A stretch of 64,000 nt of DNA from Ostreococcus lucimarinus (lineage: Eukaryota): NCBI GenBank assembly GCA_000092065.1, contig CP000584.1; one strand, written 5' to 3'. The notes beneath the pieces are model-generated. The model did not search any database and was not told the origin of the DNA. It saw nothing but the letters and a program-made list of their open reading frames with translations. Below, piece by piece: positions 30,054 to 37,818 of the stretch. Position 1 is the first letter of the stretch. Each line of letters begins with the position of its first letter. The position numbers and the translations under genes were made by a program.

Positions 30054-32229
30054 GTATTTGTACGTCCCGATTCGAGTCCCCGAAGGCGCGTGGCACGTGG
30101 TGAAGTACGAGCCGAGCGCGAAGCAGGAGATCGTCCATCACATGCTCCTGTACGGGTGCCGAGACGCGGCGGCGAGCGGATTGGATAAGGTGGTCGGTGG
30201 GATGTACAGCTCTGGTTCGCACGTCGCGACGTGCGGAGATGGAACGTCGCAGGCGCTGTTGTACGGATGGGGAAAGAACGCGCCGCCGATGCACATGCCT
30301 GAAGACGTCGGATTTCGCGTCGGCGAAGGCGCGTTTCGAGTGTTGGTGCTGGAGGTGCACTATTTGGAAAAGCAGAGCGCGGGCGCGGTGGGGAAGAGCG
30401 GGCTGGACGTCATCTTGGCCAGTGGGCGGCCGAAGATGAGCGCGTCGGTGTTGGCGTGGGCGAGTTATTTCTCGTTGCAGCCGGGAAAGAAGGACGAGCT
30501 CGTAGCGGCGACGTGCGCGTACGAGCAATCGCGAGAGCTCAAGGCGTTTGGGTTCCGCGTGCACACGCACGATCGTGGGACGATCGTGCGTTTAGATAGA
30601 CTAGTGGGTGGGGATCCGGGTAAGCCCGTGCGCGTGCTCGAGCGCGATCCGCAGTTACCGCAAGAGTTTGAGTTGCTGTCAGAAAAGGGGACGTCGTTGA
30701 CGGTGTCAGCGGGCGACGCTTTGCGGGTGACGTGTAGTTTTGACACGACCAACGAGACCGCGGTCGTGAATGCGGGATTTGGGGCGTCGCACGAGATGTG
30801 TAACATGTACGTCATGGTGTACAGCGATGAGCCGCAATATCTGTCGTGCCTCGGATCGAACGACGGCTCGATGGGGAAATTCGCGCTCGAAGTCGGCGAC
30901 GCAAAGCAACCGATCGAGGACATGGATGCGGTGCGCGCGCGCGTGGTGCCGTCGCGCGTGAAATGGCCGGCACTCGGTGGGATCGGTGGAATTCAAGCAA
31001 CGAGCGATGGTGAGTACGTTTGGATGACGAACCGCGGACCAAACGTGTGGGAAGCCGGCTCCTCGTTGAGCGAGGCAAAGACCATCCAAGAGGACGCCAT
31101 AGTGCGCATGAACCTGTTCACCGGGGCGATCGATAGAGCTTTTGGCGCAAACGCGCACGTGATGCCCCACGGTATACGCATCGCTCCCGATGGGTCTATT
31201 TGGGTCACCGACACCGCGCTTCACCAAGTGTTTCAGTACTCGCCCGACTCTGGCGAGCGAGTGCGCGCTTTCGGACAAGCGGGCGTGAAACGTGGGGGCG
31301 GTGAGGGATTCTGTGCCCCAGCGGACGTTTTAGTTTTAGAAGACGGTTCATTCATCGTCGCAGACGGATATGGACTGTGTCCGAACAGAATCGCTCGCTT
31401 CGGCGCCGACGGCGCGTACGCGGGCGATTTCGACCTCGGCTCCGCCGGCAAAGTGAGCGTGGCGCACCAGCTCGCGTACTCTCAAGTTCGTAGAGAAATC
31501 GCCTTGGCCGACCGCGAAAACTCTCGAGTCATTCTGTTCGACTACGCAGGTAAGTTCAAGCAGGCGGTCGATTTGTCCGAGCATGGATTCGCGTACGGGT
31601 TAGCGTGGATGGGGAGTTCTCTCGAAGGCTTAGGTGGATACTACGCCTTGTGTTGGACCCGCGACGCGCCGAATCCCAAAACATCTCTCGTGCGCATCTT
31701 CTGGACCGGCGACAATGCGCCCGTGACGCACGTTTGGGACTTGAACGCCATGGGCGTCATTTTCAAATCGCCGCACGTACTCGCCGCGCAGAGCAGCAAG
31801 AACGGCGGTACCGCGTCTTGGGGCGCGGGATTGACTCTACACATCGGCTCCACGACGTCGACGATCGGCAAAAATTACCAGCGCCTTTGGCTCGGGTTAA
31901 ACGAGCCGCGCGCGCTCGAACCACCGTCGCGCTCGGCCTCCGCGGCGCGAGGCGTCGCGCCTCCGCGCCTCCGCGCGCCCGCCGTCCTCATCGCCCATCC
32001 CATCGCCGCCATCCTCTGCGCCGGTCTCGCCGTGATCGCCCTCGCGCACGCCCGTCGTCACCGCGCTCCACCGGCGCCCTCCCGGCCGTGGCCGCGCGAC
32101 GTGGAATCCGTCGCGTTTCGAGACTTTGCCGCCGACGACGACTCCGACGACGACGACTCCGACGCGCCGCCGCGCGATTCCGCCCCCATCCCGCCCCACC
32201 GCCGCGGCTTAAAACTCGCAAAGGATTAA
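29905..32229 (+). CDS. PAM: Peptidylglycine alpha-amidating monooxygenase, bifunctional: N-terminal PHM (copper monooxygenase) plus PAL (NHL-repeat lyase), with a C-terminal TM anchor
   Basis: Signal-peptide-like start MASTARVRRRASVILTMTLALMTV (ATG 29905; ORF opens at 29749 with an Arg-rich leader). PHM copper sites: HHMLLYGC, then H-x-H in FRVHTHDRG and the CuM Met in HEMCNMYVMVY. PAL NHL repeats: IAPDGSIWVTDTALHQVFQY, FCAPADVLVLEDGSFIVADGYGLCPNRIARF, ENSRVILFDYAG. C-terminal TM: VLIAHPIAAILCAGLAVIALA, followed by an acidic cytosolic tail. Confidence 0.85.
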   Translation: MASTARVRRRASVILTMTLALMTVRADAKSQITRTLRMRTADARALTRDTYLYVPIRVPEGAWHVVKYEPSAKQEIVHHMLLYGCRDAAASGLDKVVGGMYSSGSHVATCGDGTSQALLYGWGKNAPPMHMPEDVGFRVGEGAFRVLVLEVHYLEKQSAGAVGKSGLDVILASGRPKMSASVLAWASYFSLQPGKKDELVAATCAYEQSRELKAFGFRVHTHDRGTIVRLDRLVGGDPGKPVRVLERDPQLPQEFELLSEKGTSLTVSAGDALRVTCSFDTTNETAVVNAGFGASHEMCNMYVMVYSDEPQYLSCLGSNDGSMGKFALEVGDAKQPIEDMDAVRARVVPSRVKWPALGGIGGIQATSDGEYVWMTNRGPNVWEAGSSLSEAKTIQEDAIVRMNLFTGAIDRAFGANAHVMPHGIRIAPDGSIWVTDTALHQVFQYSPDSGERVRAFGQAGVKRGGGEGFCAPADVLVLEDGSFIVADGYGLCPNRIARFGADGAYAGDFDLGSAGKVSVAHQLAYSQVRREIALADRENSRVILFDYAGKFKQAVDLSEHGFAYGLAWMGSSLEGLGGYYALCWTRDAPNPKTSLVRIFWTGDNAPVTHVWDLNAMGVIFKSPHVLAAQSSKNGGTASWGAGLTLHIGSTTSTIGKNYQRLWLGLNEPRALEPPSRSASAARGVAPPRLRAPAVLIAHPIAAILCAGLAVIALAHARRHRAPPAPSRPWPRDVESVAFRDFAADDDSDDDDSDAPPRDSAPIPPHRRGLKLAKD

Positions 32230-32350
32230 TCCAACGCACATCGCCCGTTCCAACGCCTCGCCGTCGTCGATTCGCGTCCTCGACGTCCCGCGCGTCTCGC
32301 GGAAAACCTCGGGTAATCCACCGTTCGCGACTCGACGTCGCACCCCCCCC

Positions 32351-33418
32351 ATGTCCGTCGGTCGCGACGCCTTGACGTCACACCGCGCCTCGACCGCTCA
32401 CGACATGTCCGCGTTCACGATCTCCGCCGCCGCCGCCCGCGTCAACGCCGCCCCGGCGTTCGCCAACAAGGCCTCCAAGGTACGCCTCGTTCGCCTCGAC
32501 GCGCCGACGCGACGCGCGTCGCGCGCCGACGCGCGCGCGCCGTCGCGAACGTCGACGGCGCAGCCCTAACCCCGAAGGACCGGCGGCGACGCGCGCGGAC
32601 CGCGCGACGCGCGCGGACGCGCGCGATGGCCGCCGCGACGCGCGCGCGCGATGGGATAAAATACGCACGACGCATTCGCGGCGCGTCGGGCGACCGACGC
32701 GTCGCGCGGAGACGCGACGACGGGAATCCGACGACTGACCCCGCACCACGATGTCGCGCGCGCAGCCGACGTCCGTTCGCCCGACCGCGGCGAAGCGCAC
32801 GTCCGTCGTCCTCGCGTCGGCGAAGACGGATGCGATCATCGAAGAGATGAAGACGCTCACGGTACGTGCGGCGCGCGCGATCGCGCGAGGACGCGGCGTG
32901 GGAGGCGCGATGATGATGACGCGACGCGCGGACGACCCTACGCGATAAGGGTCTGGGGAAACCCTGAAAACGGAGCTCGCGCGGACGCTCGGGAAGGCGC
33001 GTGGAACGCGGGAAAGATGGCGCGATGCGACGCGGAACGAAGACTGACGATAAAATCGTGATCGTTCTCTCGCGCGTAGCTCCTTGAAGCGTCCGAGCTC
33101 GTCGCTCAAATCGAAGAAGTGTTCGGCGTCGACGCCTCCGCTCCGGCGGGCGGCATGATGATGGCCGCCGGCCCGGCTGCCGGTGGCGAAGCCGCCGAAG
33201 AAAAGACCGAGTTCGACCTTGTCATTGACAACGTTGACGCCGATAAGCGCATCGCGATCATTAAGGTTGTGCGTGGCCTCACCGACTTGGGCTTGAAGGA
33301 AGCGAAGGATGCCGTCACCAACGTGCCGTTCACCATCCTCGCGGGCAAGACGAAGGGTGAAGTCGAAGAAGCCAAGAAGGCGCTCGAAGAAGGCGGTGCC
33401 AAGTGCTCCATCAAGTAA
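32351..33418 (+). CDS. Organellar ribosomal protein bL12 (L7/L12). Three exons: 32351..32479, 32766..32861, 33080..33418.
   Basis: Exon 1 is a presequence (MSVGRD...[25 protein letters not shown]), followed by a GTACGC donor. Exon 2 (acceptor CGCAG|) encodes [32 protein letters not shown], followed by a GTACGT donor. Exon 3 (acceptor CGCGTAG|) continues [17 protein letters not shown]...[43 protein letters not shown]...[12 protein letters not shown], which is the bL12 N- and C-terminal domains. All junctions preserve frame. The product is 187 aa. Confidence 0.75.
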
Positions 33419-33564
33419 ATTCGTTGATATCAGCATGCCTCTAATTCTTTCGGTAGGAAGAGGAGCCGCGTAGATTCTGCGATATAGTCGATAGGAGAAG
33501 GAATGGCCCTTTTGCAAAACACATAACACATATTTCTTGATGATTTTACTACGCCGCGCTAAAG

Positions 33565-34424
33565 CTAATTCGCACCGCCGTCGACCTCGTCCTCGAGCTC
33601 GTATCTCAACTCCTCGATTGCGTCGTTGATTTCCCCAAACGCGCGCTCGAGGGTCTGCGTCGCCTCGCCGACGGCGTTCGAGTACTCCTCCTCCGTCGGC
33701 TCGGGACCATCCTTCGCGCACGCGCATCCGATCGCACACGCCGCCGGATCGCAATCCTCCGTGCGCGCCCATGACGGTTTCAAATTCATAGTCGTCTCCG
33801 CCGCCGCGCGTTCGCCGCCTCGTTGCCACGACCACGCCTCTCTTGCCGCGGCTCTTCGCAGCACTTGCAGCGCCGCCGTCATCTCCAATCGCACGCGTTC
33901 GTTCTGTTGAATCACGCGCACGAGCATCGCCGCTGACGTGCGATCGAGTCGTTTCAATCCCTCTTCTATGCCTAAAATCTGCATCAACGAACGAGCGCTC
34001 GCGCGGTCATCGTCAGTCGCTCGAGTCGAGTCGCGCCGCGGCGACGCCGGCGCCGTCCCGCTCGCGCCGCGGGGCGAGGTGACCTCCCAGTCGCGCGCGT
34101 GCGCCGCACCTTTTCGCTGTAACCCCGCATGTCGTCCGTCGTGCGCTTGGTTTCGAGCACGAACGCGTCCTCGGACGTCGTCCCGGCGAGCATCGACGCG
34201 TACGCGCCGTTCCACCGCTCGTAGCTCGAGCTCCTCGCGCGTTGCTGCTCGAAGAAAGACTCCAGCAGCGCGCGCGCCGAACCCGAGGCGGGCTCAATCG
34301 GGGCGGAGAACACGCGCCCGGTGGCGGTCATCGGCGACGCGGCGTGCGTCGACATGACGGAGGCGCGCGCGTGTGTGGGGGCTCGGACGGCTTTGCGAGC
34401 GAGGAGCGAGCGAGTCAATAACAT
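33565..34424 (-). CDS. Hypothetical protein, probably two exons (overlapping ORFs 33984..34424 and 33565..34215 in different frames)
   Basis: The N-terminal ORF (..MTATGRVFSAPIEPASGSARALLESFFEQQRARSSSYERWNGAYASMLAGTTSEDAFVLETKRTTDDMRGYSEK) and the C-terminal ORF (..LMQILGIEEGLKRLDRTSAAMLVRVIQQNERVRLEMTAALQVLRR...EEEYSNAVGEATQTLERAFGEINDAIEELRYELEDE) both have protein-like composition. The junction was not resolved and I recognise no family. Confidence 0.4.
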
Positions 34425-34496
34425 TTCAAAACCTTTTAAACTCCTTATCTGTACACCGTCATATCGTGCATATCATGCACGTATCGATCATATTAT

Positions 34497-35384
34497 TTAC
34501 TTCTTCACGCGCTTGCTGCACGTCGTGCCCGCCTCCTTGCATTTGGAACACGCGCTACGACCGCCGGCGGGGACCGCAAAGTGACCGGCCTCGTGCGTCT
34601 CGAGCACCGTGCGCAACTCGATGACGTCCTTGTGCGCACAGTCGTAGTAAATGAACCCACTGCCTTCCTTTTGTAACCACGCCACCTCGAGGGGGCACTT
34701 CGCGTTCGACTGTCGCACTTTCGTCACCTCGCCGTACCACGTCTCGTTCCCTTCGCCGCGAACCTCGACCTCCATCCCGACCGCGAAGTCCGACGTCTTC
34801 AACGGATCGTTCGCGCTTCGCTTCGGTTTCACCGTTTTCTTCGCCTTGACCTTCTTCGCCTTCGCCTTCGCCTTCGCCTTCGCCTTCGTCTTCGTCTTCG
34901 TCGTCGCCGTCGCCTTCGTCGTCGCCTTCGCCGTCTTCTTCTTCGTCCTTTCCACCGGCGTCGCCGGCGCGCTGCCCGTGATCGCCGTCAACTGCGCCGC
35001 GATCTTCGCGATCTCCGCCCTCCTCGCCGCCGTCTCGACCTCGCGCCGCGCCTCCGCCTCCTCGTCGCGTCGCGTCGCGCTCGCGAGCATCCGTCGCAAC
35101 GTCTCCAATTTCGCCTCGTCCGCCATCGTCGCGTCGTTCGCGCGCGCGCGCGCGCGAGATCGACGACGACGCGAGGTCGTCGTCGCGCGCGTCGTCGCCG
35201 CGTCGTCGACCGCGTCGTCGCCCGCGCGCGCGTCGAGTCGCGACGGGCGCCGCGCGATGCCGTCGCGCCGCACGATGCCGCGCGCGGCGCCGTCGTCGTC
35301 GTCGAGCGCGTCGTCGTCGAGCGACGATGGCGACGACGACGGCGTCGACGACACGCTGGCCGCGATGTCCGACGACGCGATCAA
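34497..35384 (-). CDS. Lysine-rich protein (A/K/T repeat, histone-H1-like tail) with a C-terminal Tudor/agenet-like beta domain. The probable start is Met at about 35126 (MADEAKLETLRR).
   Basis: KKKTAKATTKATATTKTKTKAKAKAKAKAKKVKAKK is followed by FAVGMEVEVRGEGNETWYGEVTKVRQSNAKCPLEVAWLQKEGSGFIYYDCAHKDVIELR and a Cys-rich end. The first ~85 codons are Ser/Asp-rich and overlap the 5' region of the divergent gene. Confidence 0.5.
   Translation of the reverse strand: MIASSDIAASVSSTPSSSPSSLDDDALDDDDGAARGIVRRDGIARRPSRLDARAGDDAVDDAATTRATTTSRRRRSRARARANDATMADEAKLETLRRMLASATRRDEEAEARREVETAARRAEIAKIAAQLTAITGSAPATPVERTKKKTAKATTKATATTKTKTKAKAKAKAKAKKVKAKKTVKPKRSANDPLKTSDFAVGMEVEVRGEGNETWYGEVTKVRQSNAKCPLEVAWLQKEGSGFIYYDCAHKDVIELRTVLETHEAGHFAVPAGGRSACSKCKEAGTTCSKRVKK
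34851..34940. repeat. (GCCTTC)n/(GTCTTC)n coding microsatellite (encodes AKAKAK... on the minus strand)
   Basis: cttcgccttcgccttcgccttcgccttcgccttcgtcttcgtcttcgtcgtcgcc within the lysine-rich gene. Confidence 0.9.
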
Positions 35385-36885
35385 CGCGCGCGTCGCGCCG
35401 TCGTTTTACGCGCTGACGCGAAGCATCGACCGCGAGGACCGACGCGCGTTTCATCGCGTGCACTCGATCGCGCGCGACGCCGCGTTCGTGGAGGCGCAGG
35501 GCGAGCGGTTTTTGCGCGATTCGACGCGCGCGGCGTTCGCGAACGCGCGCGCGGGAGCGTGGTACGCGGGGGGGGGGAGGTTCGCGTACGAGACGTGCTA
35601 CTTTAAGAGCACCGACGGACACAATAATAACTGGACGATGTCGGCGACGAGGTTGAATCGACGCGTGGCGATGGCGTGCGCGGCGGGGAGGGGAGGGATG
35701 ATCGTGGACGCGACGCGGAGCGCGGTGAAACGGTTTCCGGATGCGCTGTCGAAGACGGTGCCGATTTGGTGCGACGCGTTGAACAGGGCGTGCGCGAGGG
35801 CGAAGCGGGACGCGGGAGCGGCGGACGCGGACGATCGCGCGTGGTTCGAGGGACCGCATTTGCCGGAGTGGGTGGCGGAACACGAGCGGAACAGCATACG
35901 CGCGCTCGTGCCGGAGTTTGAGGCGAGTTTGAAGTCTACGGGATGGGACGTCGGCGAGCTCGCGGCGATTTTGGAAAAGCCGTTTCGATGCGTGTGGGTG
36001 AGTCGGGGCGAAGACGGCGCCGAACTCTCGCTCGAGTCGCTCGCCGAGGCGGACTTTACTCCGCTTATACTCGTCACGGCGAGCGCGCCGCTGCATTGGC
36101 GCGGTGAGCGGCGGGTCGGGGTGAACGGGCACAGTTTCGCGTACGTTCCGGGAGCCGCGGACGACGAGGAGAGTTGGTCGCGTGGACTCACGGCTGACAT
36201 GTTTCACGAACACCGCGATGCTTTGCTCCACGCTTCTGAGCGCGACATTGACAACATCATCGCGCGCATCGTCGACGGTCGAATCGGGAAGCCGCGCGAG
36301 TTGGATCCTCGGTCTCGACTCGCGCCGCGAGGGTGTGCGCCGATGGACAGCCGCGCAGCGGAGGAGGCGAATCGTTCGAACGGTGCGATTTGCGCCGGCG
36401 GCATGCGAGAGCTTTCGCCAGAATGCGGCATCGGTCGATGCTCGATCGCGTCGTTCGCCGTGTACGATCGCGCTGACATGGAAAAACTCGCGGACGCATT
36501 TCTTCACGTCGGGGAAACCGTCGTGGATCCGAGCAAGGCGTGCTCGACTGCGTTTCTGCACGTTCCAGCGAGAAAAGCGAAAGTGAGCCGAACAGATCTC
36601 ATGAAAGCACTGCCTCGATGCATCGACTTCGCTCGTCGGACGTTCGAAACGCCAGGCGCACGTCTGTGCGTCACGTGCGACGACGGCGTCGACCACTCTG
36701 TCGCCGTCGCCGTGGCGCTTTGCATCGCCATGGGACCGTCGCCGTGTTCAAACGCGGACTTAGACAAAGACGACGTGCGCAAACAACTAGCGGCGGTATC
36801 GAAAACCCATCCCGACGCCAGACCGACGCGCGCGTCGCTCAAACAAGTGTACAATTTCTTTCTTCATAGCGAGGTAGCCGATTAG
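35267..36885 (+). CDS. Putative initiator-tRNA 2'-O-ribosylphosphate transferase (Rit1)-like protein. Family assignment is tentative.
   Basis: Track ORF 34651..36885. The portion upstream of about 35267 is antisense to the lysine-rich gene. N-terminal block SFYALTRSIDREDRRAFHRVHSIARDAAFV resembles the Rit1 SI.NRL.SI..D..FV motif. There is a central PLILVTAS block and a C-terminal phosphatase-like CVTCDDGVDHSVAVAVALC. Start is ATG at 35267 (MPSRRTMPRAAP) or 35366 (MSDDAINARV). Confidence 0.5.
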
Positions 36886-36940
36886 CGAGTAGCGAGGATT
36901 AGTTTAGCTAAAATCTATTGCAACGACACGAGCGAGGTCT

Positions 36941-37558
36941 CTAAACGCACAGTCTGTACGTGACGTACCGCCCCGCGGTCTCACTCGGCCTGATGATGCG
37001 CACGACTTGTCCGCGACGCATTCCGTAATACCGCGCGATCGGATCGTGCATCTGAATTCGTGGCAACTGCGTATCCTTCACCTTGTACCGATCCAGCAGC
37101 GTCCTCTTCTGATCGTCGCTCAGCAAAATATGTTCCGGCACCAACACGTGATCGATGATGTTCACCAACAACTCCGTCTCTTGGAACTGTTCGATGTAAA
37201 ACTTTTGCGTCTGACACTCCAGCAACGACTGCTTCGCGAACGGCGTCAGCGACGCCTGCACCACGATGATCGCTCGAAACACATTTTCATCCTTCATGCG
37301 CTTCGCCAGATCCTTAATCGTCTTCACACCAACCTTTTCCTCGTCCGGGAAGAACACGAAGATATTTTCCGAGGGATCGTCGCGTTTCGGCGCCAGGATC
37401 GTCAGGCTCTCTCGCTTTGGCTCTTCGCCGAAATCCTCCGTGAACGAATCGATATCTCTCTCGAGCTCTTTCGCGCTCACGAGGTATCCACGCGCTGCGA
37501 GCATTTTGTGAATCGTCTTGCGCACGCGGAACAACCGCGTTCGCTTATCGTTGCTCAT
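36941..37558 (-). CDS. RPB5: DNA-directed RNA polymerases I, II and III subunit RPABC1 (Rpb5)
   Basis: 205 aa: MSNDKRTRLFRVRKTIHKMLAARGYLV...RAIIVVQASLTPFAKQ...HVLVPEHILLSDDQKRTLLDRYKVKDTQLPRIQMHDPIARYYGMRRGQVVRIIRPSETAGRYVTYRLCV. This is a canonical Rpb5 along its full length. Confidence 0.9.
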   Translation of the reverse strand: MSNDKRTRLFRVRKTIHKMLAARGYLVSAKELERDIDSFTEDFGEEPKRESLTILAPKRDDPSENIFVFFPDEEKVGVKTIKDLAKRMKDENVFRAIIVVQASLTPFAKQSLLECQTQKFYIEQFQETELLVNIIDHVLVPEHILLSDDQKRTLLDRYKVKDTQLPRIQMHDPIARYYGMRRGQVVRIIRPSETAGRYVTYRLCV

Positions 37559-37818
37559 CGTCGCGCGCGTTTAGGTCGTTCAAAGTTTGCAAATCGCCGA
37601 TGGAGATCCCTGACGGCGGATCGAAATCGTCGACGTGCGCGCGCGCTCGGGATGGCGAGCGCGTGTGACGGCGACGGGACGCGTCGACGTGCGTTCGTGC
37701 GTGCGCGCGCGAGAGTGCGGGCGACGCGAGGCGCGATGTGGGGACGCGGCGTCGCGTTTTCAGTTCGGCGGCTCGAGCGCGGGTTTAGGCGGCATGGAAG
37801 CTTAGCCGACGCGACGCG

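Noticed and set aside
34651-35266. N-terminal roughly 200 codons of the 744-aa plus ORF 34651..36885
   Set aside because: This segment is antisense to the lysine-rich gene and translates the (GCCTTC)n repeat as FAFAFAFAF. The genuine Rit1-like gene most likely starts at ATG 35267 or 35366.
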